64,000 nt of DNA, taken from the human T2T-CHM13v2.0 reference genome, Homo sapiens. The notes beneath the pieces were generated by a model. That model searched no databases, was not told where the DNA came from, and worked only from the letters and a program-made list of their open reading frames with translations. This document shows, in pieces, positions 1 through 14,579 of this stretch (position 1 is the stretch's first letter; each line of letters opens with the position of its first letter). A program made the translations under genes and the position numbers. The stretch lies in assembly GCF_009914755.1 (NCBI RefSeq), contig NC_060930.1; one strand, given 5' to 3'.

Positions 1-289
1 GCATCCTTTATTCTACCAACTTTATCAGTTCCTCTTTGCTTCTGTTTATTCCTCCCAGGCTTGGCCTCACACACAGTATTTTACATTGTTGTAATCGTAC
101 TATACTGTACACCATAGACCCACGGCCTTTGAAATGTTTTGACTGTGACCCTACGATAAAAAAATGTATTTTATACCATGGCCCAGTTACCCATGAAATC
201 AAAACCAAAGTTTCACAGTAAGTACCTTTACCTCCTGTAATGCACTCTGTTATTTTGTATTCTTGCCTATTTAATTAAAAAAAAACAAA

Positions 290-1238
<949 letters not shown>

Positions 1239-2199
1239 TCATGACCCCTTAATGGAGGTTGAACTGCAATTTGAAAAACACTGCCAAGTATGTTTTTCTG
1301 TGTCTTTGAAATTATCACTTGCGGTGGCCTCATGTGCCACCAAGGGAGTCTCTCGCATTCTTGCATTGGACATCATTTTATTGACAGTAACTCCAAATAT
1401 TGCGAAAGCAAACCTTTTCGTGCACACAGCTCTGTCCTCTGGATTCTTTCTTTAAGATAAATTCACAGAAGTAGAATTACTAGGTCAAAGAGTATGAGAC
1501 CAGAATCAAAGCTCCTTATTTCCTGACCAGTTATCTCTGTTGGTGCCTGTGTTTTTGTATGTGAATAATAACCCCAACTCAGTGTTAGGGGGAAAAATGT
1601 TTTCAGATCTGTGTTCTCTTCTTGATAGAGACATTGAGTGATGGAGCTGGAAGGCGTCTGAGATACCATCTCGCCTGGCTGCCTGACTGAGGCCCACAGA
1701 GAGAGAGTGTAGTAAATTCTATCTGAACAGGAAGCAGGTTGTTGAGCAGTTGTTTAGTGCAGTTCTCAGCTTAACACCCAGCACAGGAAAAACTGATTCA
1801 AGAACATTGTCCATCAACTGTCAATCAACATTTATTGTCAGAACACTCTTCACAGCATTGGTTCCAATCCCGGAAAAACCAGACTCTGTGCTTCCCAATT
1901 ATCACAGGCACCGGCCCAGGAGAGGTGAGAAGAGGAAGAAAAACACTGTGTTCTTTGAGAAGTGACTCCTTCTGCATTTGTTTGGCACCAAGAAAAAGCC
2001 ACAGAGATCTGGGTGCGCCTCATGTCTGTCCCTTGTCCATGAAATGATGGGCAATCTGTTGTCTGTCTTCCTGAAGAGCCTCGTGTTTTCCCAACCAAAC
2101 CTTGTCCCACAGGTCTGATAATGGGAAGAAATGCTTGAAGTGGGGTTGGAATGAGAGTCTATGTGGGTTGTAGTGAAAGGGGAGGCTTTTAGAGGGAGA

Positions 2200-2380
2200 T
2201 CAACCTGGATGCCAATCCCAGCTCTGCTTCTTAGCAGCCTGTGATGTGAGGCAAGATACTTCAGCCCCGTAAGCTTCAGCTTCCACATCTATAAAACAAG
2301 CACATCATACCAAACTCATAGGGCATTTGTGAGAAGTACTAAGTGGCGGGTGCTGTGGCTTGTGAGTGCCTAGGAGAGGC
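2200..2380 (+). mobile_element. MIR fragment
   Basis: Degenerate MIR core 'ctgtgatgtgaggcaagatacttcagc...cttcagcttccacatctataaaa'. Confidence 0.6.
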
Positions 2381-4094
2381 TCAGCAGGACTGATGAGGCT
2401 GCTGCCAGCTTGTCGTTATAGGGTTTTGTTTAGCAATTGTTGCCATGGGTATTTTTTGTTATTATTTTGTTTTCAGTTTCTATCAGCTTTGACACTATTG
2501 TATCTGTTGTTATAAATTTGGGGCAAATACTTGGGTGGTTTCCTGCTATCATGGGTGCATAGTTCACTGCAAAAAGGCAGCCCCTTGCAAACACAAGCGT
2601 TTCTCTGTAAACAGGAGATGCCCTCTCCACCTGTCTATGTGTCCTTCCTGCTGAGACCATCAATTACGGGTTTCCTTTGCCCCAGACATCGCAGACAATA
2701 GTGACCTGCGTGGTGTCAGGGAGGATGCAAGCACCCCAGGTACCCCACTGAGGTCCTTTCATCCCCCTGGCACATACAGAGACCCAGCCTGGATTCCCAT
2801 GGAGGCTGTTTGCTGAGCCTTAGAGCAGCTTGACTTGCCTCCATGTTGGAAATTCTGCCCATGAGCAGATGGATTACTGTGGGCCAGCTGTCTGTCTGTC
2901 TGTCTTTATTACCCCAGGGAGCTGTGGTTCTGAACCTCCTATTGGGGGTTTTAGAACTAAGTGTTTCAGGAAAGTCGAATGCTGCATTGACAGACAGGAG
3001 AACTGGAGTCGTTCCTGGCTAGCCCAAGTTCTCACTGCATGACCTTGGGCAGGTCAAGCCTCCTCTTTGGCTCTTAATTTTGTCTGCTCAATGGGTACAG
3101 TGGGGAGAACGAGACAGTCACCCTAGGTTCCTGTTTTTCATGACCTTGTTATTTGTAAGACATAACGAGGAAGACATAAAGCTTCCTTGTTAGCTGTAAG
3201 GGAGACATATAAAGTAAGAACTAACGATTACCTCAAGATCTCTTTAATCTAGTTAGAGAGACAGACTGACAACATGAAATAGTGCATGCCAGACATCATA
3301 TAATTAAATGCCAGCTGTCTGGTACTCACTGTTGATGCATTAGGAGTGCAGAAACAAGAAAATGGGGTGGGTATTTGGGGATGGCTTTGTGGAGGCTCTG
3401 GGTCCAGGAGGACAGATGAGATTGCGTCAGGCAAAGATGCAGGAGAGGGCATCCCAAGTGGGAACCCACAGGGCTTCCTGTGCCAAGGAGGGGCGCCCTT
3501 TCCAACTTTGCATGAAAGCAATTTATACGCTAGCCACATCCCTGACTTATTTGTCCTAGAGACCCTGGGAGACCATTTCCTCTATCCCATGCCTCCTTCT
3601 GGGTTTGCCTCAGCTGTGGGGCCCAGTGTTGGGTCCCCATCGCTGCCCAAAGGGAAGCTTTTCAGAGCAAGAATGAGGGAGAGTGGCATTGCTCACTGTC
3701 AGAAGCATTTCAGGCAGGAAATGAAGAATTTTTTAGGTGGCTAAAAATACTGTGAAAGCTGATTTATGTTTGCATTTTGTTCCAGGACAGCAGATTATAG
3801 CCCAAGTTCTGAGGCAAAGGCAGCAGCGCCTTTATGGCCTGCTTGGAACAGTTTTATGTCTTAGTGAGTTTTATACATTTCAGCTAAGCCAAGATGCTAG
3901 AACTTTTTTGTCCATATATTTCACTGGGGAAAACTCACATACCACTCCTTGCACCCAACCTCATGTTACCATGCAAAAAGAAAGAAAAGGAAGGAAGGAA
4001 GGGGAAAAGAATGTGCTTGCTATTTAGTTGGTATCCAGTTTTTAGTTAACGTAAATCAAATTGTAGACAGTGAATCCACATGAAACTGAATTAG

Positions 4095-4787
<693 letters not shown>

Positions 4788-5199
4788 TGAAACACAAAGG
4801 AGCATAAATAAATCAATAAATAGATCCTGTGTTTGTAAATATGGCACTTTGTTCTTTCTACAGCAGTGTTTGTATCCATTAACTCTGTGGGTCCTCACAT
4901 ACCTCTGTGAGGAAAGTAAGGCAGGCTCCATTGCCCCAATTTTCCAGACATGGAAAAGTTTGCAGAAGAGGATACTCACCCCCTCCCTCTGTATAAAAGA
5001 CCATATGAGCCTTTCTGAAGAAAACGAGAGTAAGAAACTAACAGCCTATTAGGTGACTTCTTAGTAGATATAGATTGAGGAAGGAGAAAACCAAGGTTGC
5101 TCTTGCCAGTTGGAAAGGATACAAATTGAGGTGACCCAGGCTTCAGAGAGTCCCCCAGAGTTCACGTCGGTGTTGCCATCTCCCCCAACCACCCCACCT

Positions 5200-5670
5200 T
5201 CTTATAACAGATCCACTCCCACTGTTCACATGGGTGGCATATGATCTAAGCGGGGCAGCCAGTCATAGAACCACATGTCCCTAGCCATAGTGATTAGTTC
5301 AGAAGGGAGGACTCATGATCTGAGCTAGGCCAATAAGAATCCTTTCCTGAGATTTGTTTCACCTGTAGCTGGGAAAGGAAATCCCACCTTAGCTTTGGTT
5401 GCAGAGCAGCTGACGTGTGATCCTGGAACTGCTGGCAACAGTGTTCTCTTCCTGAGAAGAAGCTCATGGAGTATGAAAGAGGGCAGGCAGCCAGCACAGG
5501 GCAGCAGCAATGAGAGACAATGAGGAAGACTGCCCTGGGGGTGCTTGTTTGAAACTTGAATTCCAGGTGCCCTAGCCTCACTTTTGCCCCTCGGAGAGTG
5601 GAGGCCAACAAATTCCCTCTTTTGAGTGAGCTAATTTGATCTGAGTTACTTCATTTACAGCCCACAGATT
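5200..5670 (+). mobile_element. Old MaLR LTR (MLT1-type) remnant
   Basis: 'catgatctgagctaggccaat...' and a 3' end 'aattccctcttttg...ctaatttgatctgagtt' resembling MLT1 termini. Confidence 0.5.
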
Positions 5671-5849
5671 TTTTGATTCATGTAGTTTTTAGACTGAAGG
5701 AATAAACCCAGAAGTTTGCTTCTCTGGTGTCCAAGTTTTGGTTTCCCACCTCTGTGGGTCTCAATGTTCAGCTTATCCGAGAGGTCTTAGGCCCTGGGAA
5801 GTAATCATAATAATGTGTCTATCTACAACTGGACCACAAACAAAAGTAC

Positions 5850-6070
5850 TAGAACCTAGTTCAGAGCGTGGATCTGACTCTGCTCTTCATCAACTGTGTG
5901 ACCTTGGGCAAGTTATTTAACCTCTGAGCCTCAGTTTCTTCATCTGTGAAACAGAGATCATAGTAGCAGCTACTTCATAAGGCTCTTGTGAGGATTATAC
6001 ATAATAACCCTTTTCAGCATATGACGCTATGCCTGGCATCTAGTTAGCACACCACAAATATAGTTCAATT
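5850..6070 (+). mobile_element. MIR
   Basis: 'tgtgtgaccttgggcaagttatttaacctctgagcctcagtttcttcatctgtgaaa' MIR core. Confidence 0.85.
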
Positions 6071-7257
6071 ATTATGGATAATTTTATACACAATATCCCT
6101 CAAACAGTTCTATGAATAAGGCAGAACACAGATTCTCATATCTGTCTGGGCAGCGAAGACTGTGATGCTTAGAGGGCCGTGACCCACTAGGTCACGTAAT
6201 AAGTGGAAGAGTCTGGATTCTGGACACCAGAATCAAATCCGGAGTCCCCCCACTTTGGACTTTGTTTCTCAAATGGCATTGTGTTGGCAACTGTCAGAAG
6301 GCCAATTTAATAGCTTATAAAGGGCACTGTCCCTCCAGGGACAGTGTTTATTAGAGAAGCCAGATTCTGGCCAGAATGCTGCTTGGTGGGGACAGAAGAT
6401 TGGCTCTGGAAAGATGTCCAGAGAAAAGACTGCTTAAGCTGAAGTCCCCAGGCACCCCTGGCCAGTGTCAGCACACCCTCCTTCTCCCCGTCTTCTCCCT
6501 CGCTGCCAGCTCCTTGTACCCGCACACTTTACATATGAGAATTCTAAAAGACAGACGGTCAGAACCAGAAGCTAATATAGGGATCACTGTAGTCCACTCA
6601 GCCTTTATTAAACAGGCATAGTAGATGTAATGATGAGCCAGACACAGATCAAATCTCTCATTTACAGATGAGAACTGCGAGTCTGGGAAGGAAGGTATCT
6701 TCCCTAAGGTCTACTGTGAATTAGTAACTGCGTTAGGCACCTTCTAGAGAATATCTGCCTAGCTCACAATAGGCCCCCTTTCCTGAGGTTTGTGTGATCC
6801 CACCTACCCAGTCACAGCTGATTCGATCAGAGGAACACACCTGACCAAAGCTGGGCCAATCAGATTTTAACTCCCAGGAATCTGACCCTAGGATGAGATG
6901 CTGATCATAGTTAGCCCAGGGAGGAAGGGGACAGAATGACAGCATGGTTATATCAATGGTCCAATTCTTGGTTACAACCCTTGATTGTCCTTCGAGAGCA
7001 CCACCCATTCCTTACAACACATCTCTCCGCTTCATTTTGGGAGTTTTGAAGTTATTAAAGTTATTGATTTCTTTTCCTTACAACCAAAATAATCTAAATT
7101 AAGATTGTGGCCAAGTTTGGATTAAAACCTGCCTCCCGGCTCCAAGACCCATGTTTTTCTATCATGCTGACTGGCAGCAAAGACGTCTTCCCATGGATTT
7201 TTCAGAACTCTGTTCTTTAAATGTGACCTTAGATGCACCAGACTCATGCCATCCAAA

Positions 7258-9004
7258 GGTTGGAGGTAGGTGGTGGTGGGGGGTGGGGGTAGGTGGTGGT
7301 GGGGGGTGGGGGGGTAGATGGTGGTGGGGGGTGGGGGTAGATGGTGATGGGGATGGGGGTAGGTGGTGGTGGGGTGGGGGTAGGTGGTGGTGGGGGTGGG
7401 GGTAGGGGTAGGTGGTGGGGGGTGGGGGTAGGGGTGTGGGTAGGTGGTGTTGGGGGTTGGGGGTAGGTGGTGGTGGGGGTAGGTGGTGGTGGGTGAGGGT
7501 AGGTGGTGGTGGTGGGGGTAGGTGGTGGTGGTGGGGGTAGGTGGTGGTGGTGGTAGGTGGTGGTGGGTGGGGGTAGGTGGTGGTGGGTGGGGGTAGGTGG
7601 TGGTGGGGGTGGGGGTAGGTGGTGGTGGGGGGGTAGGTGGTGGTGGGGGTAGGTGGTGGTGGTGGTAGGTGGTGGTGGGGGTGGGGGTAGTTGGTGGTGG
7701 GGGGGTAGGTGGTGGTGGGGGTGGGGGTAGGTGGTGGTGGTGGTAGGTGGTGGTGGGGGTGGGGGTAGTTGGTGGTGGGGGGGTAGGTGGTGGTGGGGGT
7801 GGGGGTAGGTGGTGGTGGGGGGGTAGGTGGTGGTGGTGGTAGGTGGTGGTGGGTGGGGGTAGGTGGTGGTGGGGGTGGGGGTAGGTGGTGGGGGGGGTAG
7901 GTGGTGGTGGGGGTAGGTGGTGGTGGGTGGGGGTAGGTGGTGGTGGGGGTGGGGGTAGGTGGTGGTGGGGGGGTAGGTGGTGGTGGGGGTAGGTGGTGGT
8001 GGTGGTAGGTGGTGGTGGGGGTGGGGGTAGTTGGTGGTGGGGGGGTAGGTGGTGGTGGGGGTGGGGGTAGGTGGTGGTGGTGGTAGGTGGTGGTGGGGGT
8101 GGGGGTAGTTGGTGGTGGGGGGGTAGGTGGTGGTGGGGGTGGGGGTAGGTGGTGGTGGGGGGGTAGGTGGTGGTGGGGGGTGGAGGTAGGTGGTGGTGTT
8201 GGGGTGGGGGTAGGTGGTGGTGGGGGTAAGTGGTGGTGGGGGGTGGAGGTAGGTGGTGGTGGGGTGGGGGTAGGTGGGGGTGGGGGTAGGTGGTGGGGGG
8301 TGGGGGTAGGTGGTGGTGGGTGGGAGTAGGTGGTGGTGGTGGGGGTAGGTGGTGGTGGTGGTAGGTGGTGGTGGGTGGGGGTAGGTGGTGGTGGGGGTGG
8401 GGGTAGGTGGTGGGGTGGTAGGTGGTGGTGGGGGTAGGTGGTGGTGGTGGTAGGTGGTGGTGGGGGTGGGGGTAGTTGGTGGTGGGGGGGTAGGTGGTGG
8501 TGGGGGTGGGGGTAGGTGGTGGTGGTGGGGGTAGGTGGTGGTGGGTGAGGGTAGGTGGTGGTGGTGGGGGTAGGTGGTGGTGGTGGTAGGTGGTGGTGGG
8601 TGGGGGTAGGTGGTGGTGGGGGTGGGGGTAGGTGATGGTGGGGGGGTAGGTGGTGGTGGGGGTAGGTGGTGGTGGTGGTAGGTGGTGGTGGGTGGGGGTA
8701 GTTGGTGGTGGGGGGGTAGGTGGTGGTGGGGGGTGGAGGTAGGTGGTGGTGTTGGGGTGGGGGTAGGTGGTGGTGGGGGTAAGTGGTGGTGGGGGGTGGA
8801 GGTAGGTGGTGGTGGGGGGTGAGGGTAGGTGGTGGTGGGGTGGGGGTAGGTGGGGGTGGGGGTAGGTGGTGGGGGGTGGGGGTAGGTGGTGGTGGGTGGG
8901 AGTAGGTGGTGGGGGGTGGGGGTAGGTGGTGGGGGGTAGGTAGTAGTGGGGGTCGGGGTAGGTGGTGCTGGGGCTGGGGGTAGGTGGTGGTGGGGGTGGG
9001 GGTA
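7258..9004. repeat. G-rich minisatellite/VNTR with variable ~15-24 bp units, consensus ~GGGGGTAGGTGGTGGTGGGGGT
   Basis: About 1.75 kb made almost only of G/T with TAG anchors; C appears only near the right end. Confidence 0.97.
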
Positions 9005-9869
9005 CTTCTGGCAGGTGTCAAGTTCTTTGTTCTCTAACGCAATTACCTTGGGGTGGGGGATGGTGGCTACAGTGAGGCCTTCACCAGCTGCGCACCCAGG
9101 GCAGGTTGCTTTTCTCAGTTTCCTCCTCTGATATTTATCTTGTATGTGTAAAGTGCTTAGAGCAGTGTGCAGCAATGCAAGCTATTTATTATGTGAGTAA
9201 CCTGCTTTTTAAAGATGGCATTTGCCCACAAAACCTTCTTAGACCCTTAGTGTTTAGCTTTCACTCACATCTCTCTAGCTACTGTAATTGCAGCCTGGAA
9301 TGATTACATTTTCAGCAAAAAACAAGTCACATTCAAAGCCCAAGTGTGATAACCACATGAAAAGCAATCAGTCTCTGTCCTTTGACACACCTTGATATGA
9401 AGGCTGTACCTGTGATAAGGTAGTTGTCTCAGCGTATACATTCCCTAGGACAGGAGCTGACCAGCTTGATTGAAGTTTCTCATGAAACTTTCATTCAACA
9501 ATTATTTGCTAAGTGCCTGGGCTGGGGGACAGGGGCTGTCTGTATGGTGACAGATTAACAGATAAATACAATACCAGGACTGTGAGAGAGGCAAGTGTAA
9601 GGAGCTATGGATGCAATGAGTATATGGACCCAGTTCAGATGGGGGCATTAGGGAAGGAGGCCCAGAGGAAGAGAAAGATGAGTAAGAGTTAGATGGGCAA
9701 TGGAATTTTACACCCACAGATCAGCAGACACCTGACAAAACCAAGTGGGTACAAAAGTCTGGAAAGCAAATCAGCATTAACTAGCAAAGTTGAAGATGCA
9801 TTTGTGCACCAGTTGAGGTATATGAGCGTGAACTTTGTTGCAACAGCGAAGAATCAAAAACGTAAATGT

Positions 9870-10510
9870 CCATTGTATTCATTAGCTGCTGCTGCAATAA
9901 AGCTGTGTAACAAACAATCCTAAGAATATCATTGGCTTATAATGACAAACATTTATTTCTTGCACACAGGAGTGCAGGTGAGCTGGGGTGAACTCACGTT
10001 CACATTGGCTACAAGTAGCTCTCATTTGGGGACTCAGGCTGAAGAGACAACAGCTTACTGGGAACATGCTCTTCTATGGCAAATGGCAGGACCGCAAGAT
10101 GCCAAACTAAACCATAAAAGCACATTAAAAACCTCCATTTGTGGCCAGGCGCAGTGGCTCACGCCTGTAATCCCAGCACTTTGGGAGGCTGAAGCAGGCA
10201 GATTACGAGGTCAGGAGTTCAAGACCAGCCTGGACAACACAGTGAAACCCCTTCTCTACTAAAAATACAAAAATTAGCCAGGTGTGGTGGCACACCTCTG
10301 TAGTCCCAGCTACCCAGGAGTCTGAGGCAGGAGAATTGCTTAAACCCGGGAGGCAGAGGTTGCAGTGAGCCGAGTGAGACTCCGTCTCAAAACAACAAGA
10401 ACAACAAAAAAACTCTCCTTTTGCATCACATTCTTTAGCATTTGCCCGGTTAAATTCCATTAGGCCAAACCCCAAGTCAATGGGATGGGGATATATTCTC
10501 CATCTACTCT
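9870..10510 (-). mobile_element. MLT1-type MaLR LTR interrupted by Alu
   Basis: 'tgtattcattagctgctgctgcaataaagctgtgtaacaaacaatcc...' typical of an antisense MLT1 start. Confidence 0.55.
10143..10411 (+). mobile_element. AluS with ~30 bp right-arm deletion
   Basis: 'gagccgag|tgagactcc' lacks the 'atcgcgccactgcactccagcctggg' segment. Confidence 0.92.
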
Positions 10511-10664
10511 GTACATCAAAGGGTTTGAGTGTATAGTCCTATATAGTCCTGGAGTAAAGAATTGGGAGTGATAATTCAACCAAACCATGAATAGAAGAAT
10601 GGATCAATAAACTGTGGTGTAGTCATACAATGAAATATTACACAGCAATGAAAACAAATGGCCT

Positions 10665-10883
10665 AGATCGGCAAACTATGGCCCATGGACCAAATCCAGC
10701 TTGCTGCCTGTTTTTGTAAACGAGGTTGTTTTGGAATGTGGCCACATTCATTCATTTACATATTGTCTGTATCTGCTTTCGCACTGTAATGGCAGAGTTG
10801 AGCAGCTGCAACAGACTGTTGGGCCCACAAAGCTTAAAATATGAACAATCTGTCCCTTTCCAGAAAACTTTACCGAGCTCTGA
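10665..10883 (+). mobile_element. MER58A-like hAT MITE
   Basis: 'cggcaaactatggcccatggaccaaatccagc...catattgtctgtatctgctttcgcactgtaatggcagagttgagcagctgcaacagac'. Confidence 0.8.
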
Positions 10884-11030
10884 TCTAGATCTACGCATAT
10901 CAACATGGATAAATCTCACAAACATAATGTTACACGAAAAGACAAGTTGCAGAGGAATGTAAACCAGAGGATCCCATTCACTTAAAGTTCAAAAACATTC
11001 AAAATATTCAAAACGGTGCTACATACTGCT

Positions 11031-11416
11031 TGTCTTAGTCCCTTTGTGCTGCGATAACAGAATACCACAGACTGGGGAATTTAAGAAAAAAAATGTATTG
11101 GCTTGCAGTTCTGGAGGCTGGGAAATCCAATATGAAGATGCCAGCAGATTTGGTAGTTCTGATTTCAAGATGGCGCCTTGAATGCTGTGACCTCCAGAGG
11201 CGAGGAAGGCTTAGTCTTTGCATGGTGAAAAGCGGAATGGCAAAAGAGAGCCAGAGGGGGTTGAATCTGCCCTTTTATAATGGCATGAACCCACACATGA
11301 GGGTGGAGCCCTCATGGCCCAATCACCCCTTAAAGACCCCACCTCTTAATATTGTTACAATGTTAATTAATTTTTCAACATGAGTTTTGGAGGAGACAAA
11401 TATTCAAACCACAGCA
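11031..11416 (-). mobile_element. MST-type (MSTD-like) MaLR solo LTR
   Basis: tgtcttagtcc...aaaccacagca termini; 5-bp TSD ctgct/cggct. Confidence 0.8.
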
Positions 11417-12039
11417 CGGCTAACTTTCAAACCTGTGCTGTACTAATGGTAAATATAAAAAGCAAGGTAGTGACGGCCCCAGTTACTGGAGAGACAGATG
11501 TGCCTGGGGGAGGTGCCCAGGGGGGCTCTGTTGCATGGGTAATGTTTTCTTTCTTAAGCTGGGTGGAGATGGTAGTGCATGGAAATTAATTTTATTGTTA
11601 TTTATACCTTTTATGTCGGTCCTAAATATTTATAATATTAATAGAAAAAAAAGTTAGAAGAGGTAGGAGAACACAGAGGTAGGGGAAGGGTGTTCCAGGC
11701 CCAGGCTCCAGGTTGCAAGGGTGGAGGCATGAGAAAGACGAGGCATGGTGTGCACAGGGAGGAGGGAATGGAGAGAGGAGACTGGGAGGACAGCTGGGTC
11801 TTTGGGCCATTCTAAGGAGTCTGATTTCATACCTTGGCCAAGGGAACCCCTTGGGCAGCTCTGCGCTTTTGCACCATCGTGATCAGATTTGCGTTTGAGA
11901 ACAGTCAGCCTGGTTGCAATAGGGAGGGTGGTGGGGAGCAGGGCTGCAACACGACCCTAGAGGGAACACCTCCTTAACATTTGTCCCTGAGGTGCCTCAC
12001 TCTCTCACCCTACTCCTGGCCCTGGCATGCCCTCCCTCC

Positions 12040-12326
12040 TGAAGCCTACATGGCTCCCTCCATCCCCTCCTTCCAGTCTTCACTCAAAAGTTGCCTTCTC
12101 CACGAGGCCCTCCCTGGCTACTGTCTTTAAATTGAATCCCCTCTGAATTTCCCTTATTCCCCTTGCTTTTTCTCGATAGCATTTCCTGTATATTTTGCTT
12201 ATTTGTTTTGCTTATTGTCTTCCTCTACTAGAATGTAGCTCCTTCTCCTCACTGATGGATCCCCAGGGCCTAGCGTAGTGAAGGATAATAGGAAATGTTC
12301 ACTAAATATTTGCTGAATGAATGAAT
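12040..12326 (+). mobile_element. L2 3' end
   Basis: Ends 'taaatatttgctgaatgaatgaat', the L2 tail. Confidence 0.7.
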
Positions 12327-13699
12327 TTATAGGAACTCCAGAACTGACAGGAAGGTGTCACTTTCTGTTGCTGATCTCAGCCGCCTGGAGGATGAAAGCA
12401 GCTGTCTGGCCTGATTCAGGGATGGGGCTTGGCTCAGAGGAGGCAAAAGAAAGTCACAAGATGGGCGAGGGCTTTGAGAGGCTCCTCTGGGGTGAGGTCT
12501 CCATGTCTTTGGTTATCAACACACATGGTGTGGTGTGGAAGAGCATGGACCCCAGGACTTATATCCAGCCCTTCCCGGCCAGCTCTCGCTGGTGGAGAGA
12601 GGGCTGCCTCCTGCCCACCTCCCTCCTCTGCCATGTTCCTGCTCCCAGCACCTGCCTTTACCTGGGCGACTCCTGTCATGGAATTCTGACCTCTCCAGTC
12701 CTGCTTAGCTAAACTCCCTCCCTCGTCCGACCAATTTCCCCCTTTTTGGGATTCCTATACACTGAAACCTGTACTGTTCCACTCAGCCCAACGATGAATG
12801 CAGCCTCATAGAGTTCTCACATTGTTTTGTGTGTGTGTTTTGTCTGCAGCCCCACTTCCGGCCTACAAGAGCAGACCCCCATCTCCTCCTGTGTGCCAAG
12901 AAGCCCACAGGGCGAGGGCCCCCACTGATGCTCAGTAAACCCTCATGGGGAGAGGGAAATGTGCTGTCATTTCCATGAGACATGTGCAGCGACTAGCGTT
13001 TCTTTTGGGCTTCCCACCAAGTGGCACTTGCCTACCCCCCCAATCCCCGCGTTTCTTCTGATGGGAAACACACGCTTTCACCTGTGCTGTCACATTCCAC
13101 CCTCCAAGAACCCTGGCAAGTGGGTGCTTTATTGCCGCTTTCCAGATGAGCACACTGCCTCCCCGAGAAAGGCAGGAGCCTGCCTAGAGCTGCACAGTCA
13201 GTCGGAGGCACAGCGGGTCAGAGCCGGCGCTGAGTTCCTCGGGGCTGAGGGAGAGAGACCTCCCTCGTACCCTTCTCTGCTAGCTGCGTCTTCCCAGCTA
13301 GTTCAGAGCCTTCAACAGCAGAAGCCTCTGCTCCGGAGGGGAAGTCAGAGCCTGAGCTGAGCTGTGTGTATGGCAGTGAACAAAGGCTCAGGGGGCTCTT
13401 CCTAAATGTCTCGCTGGAGGCATCGGTGTTTGTTATCAGTGGCCTCCTGTCTCCCTGCCTCCTCTCTTTGAGCTGAGTAAGGAATCAGAGAGCTCTCCTT
13501 CCACCTCCTGCCTGCATCCCCTCCACGAGGTCACCTGCTCAGGCCTGGCTTTAGCCAGAACACTGCTCGTCTGCTTTACACGGCTCTGCCTGCGGGGAAA
13601 GTTCAGACTTCTTCATCTGACATTCCAAGCACACCTTGATCCTCCGAAGCTCACTCCTCCAGCCTCCTCCCGCCTTTCCTCACTGCTCAGTCCCTCTGC

Positions 13700-14230
13700 T
13701 CTCATTCCTGTAGGGAAGTTGTGTGGAGGTGGGATGTGGTTATCCGTGAGCACCTGAGCAGCCCTGTGGGTAGGGGCCAGGCCTTTGTGGCACAGAGGTC
13801 ATTTGCAGTGCATCCAGGAAAACTTCCCTTTGTCCCGTCCGACGTGTACTCCCCTTTCCACACCTGGCTCCCCCTCCTTCTTGGCCTGGAATGCTGACTT
13901 CTCTGCATCCAAGGGCTCCCTTGTCCTCTGGCTTGCAGCTGGGTTTGGAGGAAGGGAGGAGACTGAGGACAGGGAATTTATTACCCCAGCTCCCTCCCCG
14001 CAAGGTCACCACAGGGTGGCTGTGTCCCTCTGACCCTGCTTGCAGCTGCTCTCATGCAGCTACTCTCAGAGGGGGCTCCCCACTCTTGCTAGCCCTAAGG
14101 TTCTGAGGCTCCCCATGTTGGTTTCCTTAAACCCTGCCTCCATCTTTGTAGAGACCCTTTATTCAAGTCTCCTCACGTTACTCAGGGTGAGGCTGCCATC
14201 ACGGTGCTACCAGCACCCTGCATGAATCCA
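13700..14230. mobile_element. LTR16-like (ERVL) remnant
   Basis: 'ggctcccttgtcctctggcttgcagctgggtttgg' resembles LTR16 consensus; family uncertain. Confidence 0.4.
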
Positions 14231-14579
14231 GTGCTGGCCCCTTGAGGAAGAGCCGAATCCCCAGACAGGAAACAGGGACTGAGACAGCAGGCTCTGTGGG
14301 TAGGAGGGCACTGCCGCCACTTCCTGGGCATCCTTCTCCTGGAATGGAGGCACCCCTTGGCGAGGTACAGGCAGGAGCTCAGTAAACTCCGCTAACCATC
14401 TTGGTGCTTGCTGCTTCCCAGCATGGAACTGAGCGCAAACGCTGAAGGCGGCTCCTTCCACTTCTCCCTTGGGAAGGGGAAGCCCCCTGAACCACCAATG
14501 GGGACCATCCAGTGCACTAACAGTCATCTCCAAATACTTGGATCACACACCCCAGTGGGTAGAATATTTTTGAGGATGT

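Larger units (their letters stand above)
9730..11620 (+). mobile_element. Fragmented old L1M/L1ME 3' region hosting nested MLT1, Alu, MER58 and MST insertions
   Basis: L1 3'UTR-type phrases: 'aatggatcaataaactgtggtgtagtcatacaatgaaatattacacagcaatgaaaa' and 'caacatggataaatctcacaaacataatgtt'. Confidence 0.6.

Noticed and set aside
7162-9175. 619-aa and 643-aa Pro/Thr/His/Tyr-rich ORFs resembling extensin or mucin
   Set aside because: The array has no TTA/CTA/TCA on +, so all minus frames are open by composition. The two ORFs overlap in different frames, have non-ATG starts and shift phase constantly.
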